Part shown: positions 37,331 through 46,532 of the stretch, piece after piece
Layout of the letters: each line of letters opens with the position of its first letter
How positions within the stretch are numbered: position 1 is the stretch's first letter
From: Desulfonatronovibrionaceae bacterium
Lineage (GTDB): Bacteria > Desulfobacterota > Desulfovibrionia > Desulfovibrionales > Desulfonatronovibrionaceae
DNA: 64,000 bases
NCBI GenBank assembly: GCA_046539845.1
Contig: JBKHGE010000005.1
Location: 12,937 to 76,936, forward strand
Reading direction: 5' to 3'
The notes under the pieces: generated by a model
Databases searched by the model: none
What the model saw: only the letters and a program-made list of their open reading frames with translations
Told to the model about the DNA's origin: nothing
Made by a program: the position numbers and the translations under genes

Positions 37331-40072
37331 TCAGCCCTGGGCGGCCTTGCTCATGGACAGGCGGTACAACTCATGCGGATCCAGGATCAAGACCACATGA
37401 CCGTTACCCATTATAGTTGCCCCGGCAATGCCCTGTAAATCGCCCAGATACTCACCCAAAGATTTTATAACGATCTCCTGGCGCTCCAGGAGATCGTCCA
37501 CCACCACACCCAGTCTGCGGCCGGCCACATTCAATATAACCAGAGGCAAAACGTCTCTTTCCTTTTCCTCTGCAGCTAGACCCAAGACCTCGGTAAGCTC
37601 GACAATACCCAGGACTTCGCCCCGCAGAGAGATTGCCTTGCGTTTATTGACTTCGCTCAGCTCGGCCGCGTCTATCTTTGTAGTCTGAGAAACTGCATCC
37701 AGAGGGATGGCAAAGGTCTCATTGGCTGTTTTAACCATAAGCGCATCAATAATAGCCAGGGTCAGGGGGAGGCTGACCGTGAATCTGGATCCCCGGCCCA
37801 ACACTGACTCCACATTTATGCTGCCCTTGAGGCTCTTGATATTGTTGCGGACCACATCCATACCCACTCCCCGTCCGGAGATATCTGTCACTTCCTGGGC
37901 CGTGGAGAATCCCGGAGCAAAAATAAGATCTACTGCCTCCTGATCGTCCAGATTGCTGGCTTCCTCCTGAGAAACAATCCCTTTTTCCACACCCTTAAAA
38001 CGCATCTTTTCCGGATCGATACCGCCCCCGTCGTCCTCGACCTCGATAACCACGGAATTGCCCTTATGTGAGGCCCGGAGCCGGACCCGGCCGGTTTCCG
38101 GCTTCCCGGCCTTTTTCCTGGTTTCCGGGTCTTCCAACCCGTGATCCACTGCGTTACGCAGAAGATGGACCAGGGGATCACCAATCAATTCGACCACACT
38201 CTTATCCAGTTCGGTATCCTCACCCTCCATTACCAATTCCACATTTTTCCCACTCTTGCGACTTAGGTCCCGAATAAGACGGGGAAACTTGGAAAACACC
38301 ATCTGAACCGGGACCATGCGCACATTCATAATGGTCGCCTGCAGATCGTCGGAGATCCTGGCCATGGAATAAGTTGTCTCCGTGAGCTGCTGGGCCACTA
38401 CTTCCGGTTCCTCGCCCTCCTCCAGATTTCTGGTAAGCATGGAGAAGCGATTGCGGTTTATGATCAGCTCCCCGATCAGATTCATGAGGTGGTCGAGCTT
38501 GGCGTGATCCACACGTATGGTGGAGGCTATATTGGACTTGGCCTTGTCATCGTCCTTGCCGGATTTATCCCCTTTATCAGGCTCGGCCGGTTTCTTCTCC
38601 GCGGCAGAACTTCTTTCCTTCTGGGGTTTTTTGCCTCTCTCCTCATGTGCTTCAGGCCCAGGAGTTTTTTGGTCTTTAGCCGGGGCCGGCTTTTCCGCCT
38701 CCGAACCGAGGTATTCTTCCTCCTCCCCTGTTCCAGCCGCTTGGTCTGTCTGGGCAGATCCCTCTCCGGACATAGCTCCAATGGCCTTGTCCACCATCTC
38801 ATGCAATATCTCCGCCTCCTGGCGGAGCAGATCCAGAACCAGGGAAAAGTCCATATCCGCATTCCGGCTCTGGTCTACGAGATTGGCGGTCCGCTGCGCA
38901 TAGGTCTTGATCTCCTCAAGGCCCATATACGCCGCGGAGTTTTGCAAGGTGACCATAGCCCGGTACAACCCGTCGATTATTTCCGACTGCCCGGCATCCC
39001 CGGCCAATTGCTTCAAGGCGTAGTCAATATTGTCAAACTGTTGGGCAACAGTCTGCTTGAAAATCTTCAGATCCTCGGGATCCACCTCTGGTACAGAAGA
39101 GACATCCTCCTCCTGCTCTAATGTCCCGGAGTCTGGCTTGGGCTCTTGCTCTGCGGCTGGCTGTATAGAGGTTTCAGGTCCTCCTCCCTCCAGCTTCTTC
39201 AACCTGGCCAACAAACCAGAGACATCGCCCGGGCTAACCAGGCAGCTCTCCATATCCACCCATTCGAGCATTTCCTCCAGGGAATCTGCGGTCTGGAGCA
39301 GGGCATCGACAAGCTCCTGTCCGGCCTCAAGCTCCTGGTTGCGGACCTTGTTCAAAATGGTCTCCGCGGCATGGGTCAGGCTGTTCAGCTCCATAAAACC
39401 AATTATGCCGCTGTTGCCCTTGAGATTGTGGAAATTGCGAAAGATATCGTTTATCAGATCCTGGCGGCCGGACGGATCCTTTTCCAGCTCCAGAAGCCGA
39501 CTGTTCAGGTCAGCAATAACCTCCCGGGCTTCTTCCATGAAATCAACCAGGTGATCCGGGCTGACCAAGGTGAGCTTATACGGAGCGTTCTCGGGTGCAG
39601 CGGCTTCGGTGCCGGTGTCAGCGGATTGTATCCCGCTCTCTCCGGGATCTTCCGAAGATCCGGCCGATTCCGGAGCCTCACCAGCCAGAATGGATTTCAT
39701 CTTGTCCACCAAAGGACGGACATCCAAATCACCCTCTCTGCCCTCGGACTCCAGGGTGTCAATCATGCTCCGCAAGGCGTCAGTGGCCTCCAGGATAATA
39801 TCCATTATCTCAGAGGTGACCTTTAAATTGCCCTTGCGTAGCTCATCCAGGACATTCTCCCCTTTATGGGCCAGCGCATTTATCTCGTTTAGACCCAGAA
39901 ATCCGGAAGCTCCCTTCAGGGAATGCATAGGACGAAAGATATGGTCCAAAAGCTCCAATCTGTCCGGTTGTTTCTCCAGCTCCAGAAGATTGGGCTCAAT
40001 GGTCTCCAGATGCTCTCTGGCCTCGATCACAAAATCGGCAAATACTTCCGGATCAAAGGAGTCCTGACTCAT
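37331..40072 (-). CDS. cheA: chemotaxis histidine kinase CheA with three Hpt-like domains (two canonical, one degenerate)
   Basis: Hpt1 FRPMHSLKGASGFLG (His50), Hpt2 FRNFHNLKGNSGIIG (His215), Hpt-like 3 YRAMVTLQNSAAYMG (Val374 replaces His). Followed by the dimerisation domain, HATPase_c (GGGID, SGRGVGMDVV) and a C-terminal CheW domain. Confidence 0.93.
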   Translation of the reverse strand: MSQDSFDPEVFADFVIEAREHLETIEPNLLELEKQPDRLELLDHIFRPMHSLKGASGFLGLNEINALAHKGENVLDELRKGNLKVTSEIMDIILEATDALRSMIDTLESEGREGDLDVRPLVDKMKSILAGEAPESAGSSEDPGESGIQSADTGTEAAAPENAPYKLTLVSPDHLVDFMEEAREVIADLNSRLLELEKDPSGRQDLINDIFRNFHNLKGNSGIIGFMELNSLTHAAETILNKVRNQELEAGQELVDALLQTADSLEEMLEWVDMESCLVSPGDVSGLLARLKKLEGGGPETSIQPAAEQEPKPDSGTLEQEEDVSSVPEVDPEDLKIFKQTVAQQFDNIDYALKQLAGDAGQSEIIDGLYRAMVTLQNSAAYMGLEEIKTYAQRTANLVDQSRNADMDFSLVLDLLRQEAEILHEMVDKAIGAMSGEGSAQTDQAAGTGEEEEYLGSEAEKPAPAKDQKTPGPEAHEERGKKPQKERSSAAEKKPAEPDKGDKSGKDDDKAKSNIASTIRVDHAKLDHLMNLIGELIINRNRFSMLTRNLEEGEEPEVVAQQLTETTYSMARISDDLQATIMNVRMVPVQMVFSKFPRLIRDLSRKSGKNVELVMEGEDTELDKSVVELIGDPLVHLLRNAVDHGLEDPETRKKAGKPETGRVRLRASHKGNSVVIEVEDDGGGIDPEKMRFKGVEKGIVSQEEASNLDDQEAVDLIFAPGFSTAQEVTDISGRGVGMDVVRNNIKSLKGSINVESVLGRGSRFTVSLPLTLAIIDALMVKTANETFAIPLDAVSQTTKIDAAELSEVNKRKAISLRGEVLGIVELTEVLGLAAEEKERDVLPLVILNVAGRRLGVVVDDLLERQEIVIKSLGEYLGDLQGIAGATIMGNGHVVLILDPHELYRLSMSKAAQG

Positions 40073-40201
40073 TTTCGGCCCCTAACATACTGTTTTTAAC
40101 CCGTTTGGCAGATCATTTATCACACAGCCCGGATTGAGACCCGGTCGGCAGAAAGAAACAGATAAGCACAAAAATCCGGGCCCTGGACAATTGCAAGAGA
40201 T

Positions 40202-40597
40202 TCAATCCCCGCCTCCGGACTCAGGATCGACTCCCAAAAGCATCTTTACATTTCTGACCATCTTCTCCGGCTGGGCCGGTTTAACCAGATACAAATTGGC
40301 CCCCAGTGTAAGTCCCTGCTGGATATCCTGCTCCTGTCCCTCGGTGGAAAGGACAATGATCGGCAGGTCCCTGTACACCTCTTGGTCCCGGACGGTTTTT
40401 ATGTACGTAAATCCATCCATGCGGGGCATATTCACGTCGCAGATGATAAGATCCACATCCGGGGTGGAATACAATTTTTCCAGACCGTCCAGTCCATCCT
40501 CTGCCGTGGTGACACGGAAGCCCTCCTTTTTCATGATAAAGGCCACTAAATTGCGTACTGTCTTTGAGTCATCAATGATTAATACATGCGGGGCCAT
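40202..40597 (-). CDS. cheY: chemotaxis response regulator CheY
   Basis: 131-aa stand-alone receiver: VLIIDDS, DLIICDVNMPRMDG, the T (LSTEG) and K (VKP). Confidence 0.85.
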   Translation of the reverse strand: MAPHVLIIDDSKTVRNLVAFIMKKEGFRVTTAEDGLDGLEKLYSTPDVDLIICDVNMPRMDGFTYIKTVRDQEVYRDLPIIVLSTEGQEQDIQQGLTLGANLYLVKPAQPEKMVRNVKMLLGVDPESGGGD

Positions 40598-40662
40598 TAA
40601 TCCTCCTTAAACAGACCACAGTTGACTGCGGAACAAAATCCCGGACACTTTCCTCCACCACC

Positions 40663-41394
40663 CTAGCTGTGAACAAGAATGTCCGCCAGTCTGTCCACGG
40701 ACAGAACCGCAATCAACCCCTTCTCTCCTTTGATCACCCCTTCCACCAGGTCGCAATTCGCGCCCAGACTGGATTCCACTCCCCATTCAATGTCCTGCTG
40801 CTGGATATGGTTCATGGTGGCAATAGAATCTATTATCAACCCGATCTGCAGTCCCTTATGTCTGCAGACAATAATGAATCTGGACTTCCCCGCTTCCCGG
40901 CCGCTGTCCACCAAACCGGCCAGCCTGACCATGGGCGTTACCCTGCCCCTGAGATTGACTATGCCCTCTATGTACTCCGGGGACCCGGGCAATTTGGTCG
41001 GCTCCTGGTATCTAAGGACCTCCTTGACCCGGGATACGGGCAGGGCAAACTCCTGTTTCCCCAGCCGGAAGCTTATCATCTGCACCTTCTCGCTCCCGCG
41101 ATAGGCCGTGTCTTGCCCTGCTTCCGAACTTGCGGTCTCTTCATGGGCGTCGGTATCATCCATCCGCTCGTCCACAGACGCCGCTCTGGCCCCCTCAATC
41201 TCCTCGGGGCGGGAGAGATCCGAGGACTTAGCGCCCCGCTCGTCAATCACGGATATATCCTTGAGGACGCTCTGGCTATCCCCGCCCAGATACCGATCCA
41301 AAAAACTCTTTTCCTCCGGACTCAAGCCCGGACTGTCTTCGCCTCCGGTCGCTGCAAAAACATGGTCCTCGAAATACTGCTCCGGTGTCTTCAT
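40663..41394 (-). CDS. cheW: CheW-domain coupling protein with about 100-aa acidic N-terminal extension (ParP-like)
   Basis: C-terminal FRLGKQEFALPVSRVKEVL...IEGIVNLRGRVTPMVRL is a CheW fold. The N-terminal 100 aa is low-complexity and acidic. 4-nt overlap with the upstream ParA-like gene. Confidence 0.75.
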   Translation of the reverse strand: MKTPEQYFEDHVFAATGGEDSPGLSPEEKSFLDRYLGGDSQSVLKDISVIDERGAKSSDLSRPEEIEGARAASVDERMDDTDAHEETASSEAGQDTAYRGSEKVQMISFRLGKQEFALPVSRVKEVLRYQEPTKLPGSPEYIEGIVNLRGRVTPMVRLAGLVDSGREAGKSRFIIVCRHKGLQIGLIIDSIATMNHIQQQDIEWGVESSLGANCDLVEGVIKGEKGLIAVLSVDRLADILVHS

Positions 41395-42173
41395 AACGCG
41401 AGCACCTCCCTGGCCAGCAGGTCGTATTCCCTGGCGCCCCGGCTGTCCGGTGCATATCTGCTTATAACCATTCCCATGGCGCTGGCCTCTCTGAATTTGG
41501 TGTCCACGTGTATAACAGTCTCAAATAGCCTGGCGCCCAATTTCTTGCGCAGCAGATTTAGCACCCGGCGGCAGGCCCCGGCCCGACGGTCATGCATTGT
41601 AGCCAGGGCCCGAAATTCTATAGGAGAGCTCAAGGCCCGGTTCAGAGTGCGCATGGTCTCAAAAATCAGCTTCAGACCGTGCAAGGCCAAAAAATCAGTT
41701 TGAATAGGGATAATCACCATATCTGAGGCAACCAGGGCATTTATCAGCACGACCCCCATATGCGGAGGACAGTCTATTATCACCGCATCAAATCCACCGG
41801 CCTGTTTTTGGATCCAATTGCGGAGTATAAGCCCCTTTCCGGAAATATCCCGCAGATCGCTCTCCACATCTGATAACCGGACATGACTGGGGACAAAATA
41901 AAAACTCCTTTTTTTATCCGGGACGATCACCACCTCCTCCGAGACGATATCACCTTTTTGGGCAAAAATATCCCGAACCGTGGCCGGCATATTCTCCGGA
42001 TAAAAGGCCATATGGATCGATGCGCATGCGTGCGGATCAAGGTCCATGACCAATACCTTTTTCCCCTGCGCGGCAAAAGACTCGCCCAGACTGAGCGCAG
42101 TGGTTGTCTTGCCCACCCCGCCCTTTTGGTTGGCTATGGCCAGGACCTTACATTTCAATACAAATCCCCGCAA
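41391..42173 (-). CDS. ParA/MinD-family ATPase embedded in the che operon (ParC/PpfA-like)
   Basis: Deviant Walker A NQKGGVGKTTT, LVMDLDP, IIDCPP. Confidence 0.8.
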   Translation of the reverse strand: MRGFVLKCKVLAIANQKGGVGKTTTALSLGESFAAQGKKVLVMDLDPHACASIHMAFYPENMPATVRDIFAQKGDIVSEEVVIVPDKKRSFYFVPSHVRLSDVESDLRDISGKGLILRNWIQKQAGGFDAVIIDCPPHMGVVLINALVASDMVIIPIQTDFLALHGLKLIFETMRTLNRALSSPIEFRALATMHDRRAGACRRVLNLLRKKLGARLFETVIHVDTKFREASAMGMVISRYAPDSRGAREYDLLAREVLAL

Positions 42174-42179
42174 GCCGGC

Positions 42180-42572
42180 TTACATATTGTCGGCAATCAG
42201 CCGATACAAGGCCTTCCAATCGTCCCCATCCACGTTCACGAACCTTATGCCCGCCTCAAAGCGCACTCCGGAGACCACTTCCCGGACCCAGGCCACCTCG
42301 GCCACTGCCTGCAGACTTTGAGACAAATCACTCTCAAATACCTTAAAGTATCCGGGATGGAATTTGTTCAATCTGGGTATGCCCACCTCCAATTGCAGCA
42401 ACTGGCCGGTTTCCAGCCTGACCGGGGACTGGATGCGCATCCCCCCGCAGCTTATGTCCACGCATTCCAAACTAAGTTCCTTTTGCCTGGAAAGCGGAAA
42501 TGCCAGCTTCTTCAGACTGACCCGATAGGTTTTGGGCAAACGGACATATTCACGACGCTCCATTGCCATCAC
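42180..42572 (-). CDS. single-domain PilZ c-di-GMP receptor (MapZ-like position next to cheR)
   Basis: RREYVR (RxxxR) and DISCGGM (DxSxxG) about 30 aa apart. 130 aa. Its start codon directly follows the cheR stop (0-nt gap). Confidence 0.75.
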   Translation of the reverse strand: MMAMERREYVRLPKTYRVSLKKLAFPLSRQKELSLECVDISCGGMRIQSPVRLETGQLLQLEVGIPRLNKFHPGYFKVFESDLSQSLQAVAEVAWVREVVSGVRFEAGIRFVNVDGDDWKALYRLIADNM

Positions 42573-43451
42573 CTATTCGCTCTTTTTGTACACAATAGCG
42601 CCCGGGTGATGCGCCGGGGTAAAGGCCCTGGAAATATTGTGCAGGGACTCGGAGTGGCCGATAAACAAGTAGCCTCCGGGCAACAGATTGTCATAAAAGG
42701 AATTGATTACATTCTTTTTCATCTCATCGTCAAAATAAATAATGACATTGCGGCAGAATATGACATGGGAGCGTTGCACCCCTTTGACCTGAAAACGGTC
42801 ACTCAAGTTCAACTGACCAAACTCAACCAGCCCCTTCACCTTAGGATCTAATTTGTACTTGCCTGGCCCCTCCTCCTGGAAATAACGCTTCTTGATCTCC
42901 TCGGGCGTTGTTCGCAGGGCATACTTGGTGTAAATCCCCCGTTCTGCGCTTTTTATTACCGCCGGGGAGAGGTCGTTTGCAGTGATCTTTACATCCCACT
43001 GGGTTATTTCCCAGCCCAGGACCTCAAAAAGTATAATGGCCAGGGTATAGGGCTCTTCTCCGGTCGAACATCCGGCGGACCAGATATGCAATTTCCTGTC
43101 TTTTTGCCGGCGCTGTCTTTCCAGGATCTCCGGGAGGATCTTATCCTGAAATATGGCCAGCTGCGGAGGATTGCGAAAAAAGCTCGTCTCATTGGTGGTT
43201 ATGACCTCGAACAGCTTGGACAACTCCTGTCTGCGGCCTGGGTCATATTTCAAATAATAATAATATTCGCCAAAATTCTTAAGATTAAGCTCTTTTAAGC
43301 GGTTGGCCAGCCTATTTTCCAAAAGATATTTGCGGTTTTCCCGGATATGGATACCGCTTTGAGCATATATAAAATCACGCAACAAAAGGAATTCTTCGTC
43401 CGTGATCTTCAGATCCTGCCTTAAGGTAATCGTCTTGGAAAAAAGGGTCAT
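42573..43451 (-). CDS. cheR: chemotaxis protein methyltransferase CheR
   Basis: From ATG 43451: N-terminal helical domain (ITDEEFLLLRDFIYAQSGI), NETSFFR, SAM fold IWSAGCSTGEEPY, and FCRNVIIYF. The track ORF extends to 43577 but overlaps the upstream gene. Confidence 0.9.
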   Translation of the reverse strand: MTLFSKTITLRQDLKITDEEFLLLRDFIYAQSGIHIRENRKYLLENRLANRLKELNLKNFGEYYYYLKYDPGRRQELSKLFEVITTNETSFFRNPPQLAIFQDKILPEILERQRRQKDRKLHIWSAGCSTGEEPYTLAIILFEVLGWEITQWDVKITANDLSPAVIKSAERGIYTKYALRTTPEEIKKRYFQEEGPGKYKLDPKVKGLVEFGQLNLSDRFQVKGVQRSHVIFCRNVIIYFDDEMKKNVINSFYDNLLPGGYLFIGHSESLHNISRAFTPAHHPGAIVYKKSE

Positions 43452-43455
43452 CGAT

Positions 43456-45462
43456 TCAGTCCGCCATATCGCCTTGAATCTTGTCCAAAGCCCTTTCCGC
43501 CATCTCCAGGATCTCCTCGTCCCCCCCTTCGAGTTGACCCAAAAGTGCCCGGAAAGCCTCTTCTCCGCCCAAATCACCCAATGTCTCTATGGCCTTTAGC
43601 CGGACCATGGTCGATTCGTCGTCCAAGAGTTGGATAATGCGGGGCACAGCTTCCCTTTCCTTTCTCTCACCCAGGGCTTCTATCGCACGCAAACGGACCC
43701 ATTCGTTTTCGTCCTCTATGGCCCGAATCAGATAGGGAACAGATTCCGGACGCTTGCACTCGCCCAATAGCTCCACCAGAGTCAGGCGCACATCCCGACT
43801 CTCGTCCTCGAACAAAGGGACCAGTATCTGCAGGGACTGGTCGTCTTCATAACATTGGGAGGCTATTCCCTCCATCGCCAGCTGCCGCACATTAGATACC
43901 CGGTCATGCAAAGCCTTTTGCAGTATCTCCATATTCTCCCGCGCCCCCAGCTTTCCGGCAGCGTACACGGCCATAAGCCGGGACTTGTCGTCTTCCGACT
44001 CCGCCATCTCCTGAAAAAGGCGCATGACCTTATCTCCGCCAATATTCAGGACCGCATCCAAAGCGGTTTCCTTAACATCATCCCAGGGATGGTCCAAAAA
44101 ACCCATTATTATCCGTGCGGTTTCTTCGTCACGGCAATGCACACCCAGATAGCGCAGGGCGTTTTTCAAAACATCGCCGTCATCATGGCGGCGGAGCACT
44201 TGCAAAAAAAAGTCTCCTGCTCCGGCATACGTTCTGTTCAAAACCGAGCTTATCTCCCTCTGCAGATCCCGGCCTTTGTCCCAAAAAGCCTGCATCAAAT
44301 AGCCAGCCGCCTTCTCAGTCCCGAGTTCATCCGCCACAGCCACACCCACGGTGCTCAGGGATTCATCATTGCTAAAGATAGCCTCTTTAAGGGCCTCGGT
44401 CATCCCCATACGGGACAGGGCCCGGATCATCATGGCCCGGCGTTCCTCATAAATATCCGGATCCAAAGAAGCGGCCAGTTTAAGGATCATCCTGCTACCC
44501 CTTTCACTGCCCACACTGCTTATGCCCAGTACAGCCGCGTCCTGGATCTCCTCGTCGTCATCCTCCAATGCCACCAGGAGATATTCCTTGAATTTTTCTT
44601 TTTCTGATTCTGATAAATAACTCAGGGCCTTACCGCCCAGTATATTGACCACAGCCTTGAGGATCTTGTTGCGCATGGCCGTGTCTAGATCGCTGTCCAG
44701 CTTGTTCAAAAGCATGGGCACGGCCTTTATATTACCCATCTCCCCCAAAGCGTCCACGATCATGGAATTTACCAGTTCGGTGGAAGAATCCATGGCCGAG
44801 ACCAGGGCGTTTATCGAGGATTCGTCCCTAATCTTCAACAGTGCCTCTATAACCGCAAACTGCACCCATTCCTCGTCACCCAAGGCCTGATTCAAGTATT
44901 CCACCGCTTCCTTACGCCTAAGATCCCCCAAGCTCACTGCCGCCTGATAGCGGACATTCACGTCCGGATCATTCAACAGGGAGTCGGACAGTGGTCCAAT
45001 GGCCATGTATGAATCACTAAAACCCAAAATGTCCGCGGCAAATATACGAATATCCCCGTCCGGATCATTCAAGAGACCGATAATGGCCCCCATGTCCTGA
45101 TATCCGATATGCCGAAGTATATCCATGGCCAGATTGCGCACAGCAGCCGACTGCTCGCCAAGCAGCGGAATCAAAGCATTTACGCTGTTTTTGCCCCCGA
45201 TCTTACGCAAAGCCATGTCCGCTGCTTCCTGGACCCCGATATTGTCGCTCTGCAAGAGGTTCACAAGCAAAGGAACCGTGCGCTCGTCACCAGTGTCCCG
45301 GGCCGCGAACGCAGCTTCCCGCTGTTCATCCGGATCACTGCTCTGCAGCCGTTTGATTATCTCGTTCGAGGCAAATTTCTGCATCTGTCCTAGCTCCGCG
45401 TCTCGCCCCGCATCGAGTCTGATCTCTGCCGCATGGGGACTAATTATACAAAAAAGAGGCAA
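43456..45462 (-). CDS. HEAT/PBS-lyase repeat protein (668 aa)
   Basis: More than 12 tandem copies of the D..VR..A..ALG pattern (for example DEEWVQFAVIEALLKI, DENEWVRLRAIEALGE, DDESTMVRLKAIETLGD). Alternative start at ATG 45384. Confidence 0.75.
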   Translation of the reverse strand: MPLFCIISPHAAEIRLDAGRDAELGQMQKFASNEIIKRLQSSDPDEQREAAFAARDTGDERTVPLLVNLLQSDNIGVQEAADMALRKIGGKNSVNALIPLLGEQSAAVRNLAMDILRHIGYQDMGAIIGLLNDPDGDIRIFAADILGFSDSYMAIGPLSDSLLNDPDVNVRYQAAVSLGDLRRKEAVEYLNQALGDEEWVQFAVIEALLKIRDESSINALVSAMDSSTELVNSMIVDALGEMGNIKAVPMLLNKLDSDLDTAMRNKILKAVVNILGGKALSYLSESEKEKFKEYLLVALEDDDEEIQDAAVLGISSVGSERGSRMILKLAASLDPDIYEERRAMMIRALSRMGMTEALKEAIFSNDESLSTVGVAVADELGTEKAAGYLMQAFWDKGRDLQREISSVLNRTYAGAGDFFLQVLRRHDDGDVLKNALRYLGVHCRDEETARIIMGFLDHPWDDVKETALDAVLNIGGDKVMRLFQEMAESEDDKSRLMAVYAAGKLGARENMEILQKALHDRVSNVRQLAMEGIASQCYEDDQSLQILVPLFEDESRDVRLTLVELLGECKRPESVPYLIRAIEDENEWVRLRAIEALGERKEREAVPRIIQLLDDESTMVRLKAIETLGDLGGEEAFRALLGQLEGGDEEILEMAERALDKIQGDMAD

Positions 45463-46504
45463 TCTCTCCGGCCAGTTCCTCCAAGGGAACCACTTTATCC
45501 GCCAGACCTTCGTCCACTATGGCCATGGGCATACCATAGACCACGCAGGACTCCTCGCTCTGGGCCAAGGCCTTTCCTCCGCAGGCCTTGAGATCGCGTA
45601 TCCCCAAAAGCCCGTCGCTGCCCATCCCGGTCAAAATAACCCCCAGGCCCCTGCTGCCGACCGCCTTGGCCACTGAAGACATAAGCACGTTAACCGAAGG
45701 TCGGTACAAAGCGTCCTCTGGCTTCTCACCCACAGCCACATCAATCCTGCTCACTTTCTGCTCAATGGTCAAATGCATTCCCCCCGGAGAGATATAAACA
45801 CAACCGGGCCGGAACACATCCCCGACCTCGGCCTCCTTAACTTTGAGCCGACAGCTCTCCCCCAGGCGTTTGGCAAACGGCCCGGTAAAGGCCTTGGGCA
45901 TGTGCTGGGCGATGAGTATTCCGGCGGGGAAATCCGGGGGCAGCTCGGACAATATACGCTGGACCACCGGCGGACCTCCTGTAGAAACCCCGAAGGCCAC
46001 CACGTCCCTGATCTGCTTGCCTCTTTTGCTGGACTCAATCACCCGGCGTCGGACCGGCTCCGCGCTCTTATCGCGCGCCCTGGCCGGCCGGGCCGCCCTG
46101 GGGCGCACCCTGCGCCTGGCTATAGCCTTGACCTTTTTTAAAAGGTCCTCTTCTATCTTGACTATATCCAGGCTAACTTTGGAAAGCTGCTTGGGGATGA
46201 AGTCCACCGCACCGTTTTCCATGGCCTTTAGCGTGGCCTCGGCGCCCTCAGTGGTCAGGGAGCTAACCATCAGCACGGGGCGGGGCATCTCCATCATTAT
46301 ATGCTTGAGCGCGGTGAGCCCATCCATGCGGGGCATTTCAATATCCAGGGTCACCACATGCGGATCATGGGCCCGAATCTTCTCCAGCCCCTCCTCCCCG
46401 TCCCGGGCATACGCCACCACCTGAATCTCAGGATCCTTATCCAGCATGGTCCCGATGGCTTTGCGCATGAATGCGGAATCATCAATAACAACAACCCGAA
46501 TCAT
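45440..46504 (-). CDS. cheB: protein-glutamate methylesterase/glutaminase CheB (REC + CheB_methylest)
   Basis: MIRVVVIDDSAFMR..., VTLDIEMPRMDG, and the catalytic domain (GVSTGGP, HM..., GMGSDG). Confidence 0.92.
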   Translation of the reverse strand: MIRVVVIDDSAFMRKAIGTMLDKDPEIQVVAYARDGEEGLEKIRAHDPHVVTLDIEMPRMDGLTALKHIMMEMPRPVLMVSSLTTEGAEATLKAMENGAVDFIPKQLSKVSLDIVKIEEDLLKKVKAIARRRVRPRAARPARARDKSAEPVRRRVIESSKRGKQIRDVVAFGVSTGGPPVVQRILSELPPDFPAGILIAQHMPKAFTGPFAKRLGESCRLKVKEAEVGDVFRPGCVYISPGGMHLTIEQKVSRIDVAVGEKPEDALYRPSVNVLMSSVAKAVGSRGLGVILTGMGSDGLLGIRDLKACGGKALAQSEESCVVYGMPMAIVDEGLADKVVPLEELAGEIASFLYN

Positions 46505-46532
46505 TCTCTGCTCCTGAAATAGACGGCAAAAA

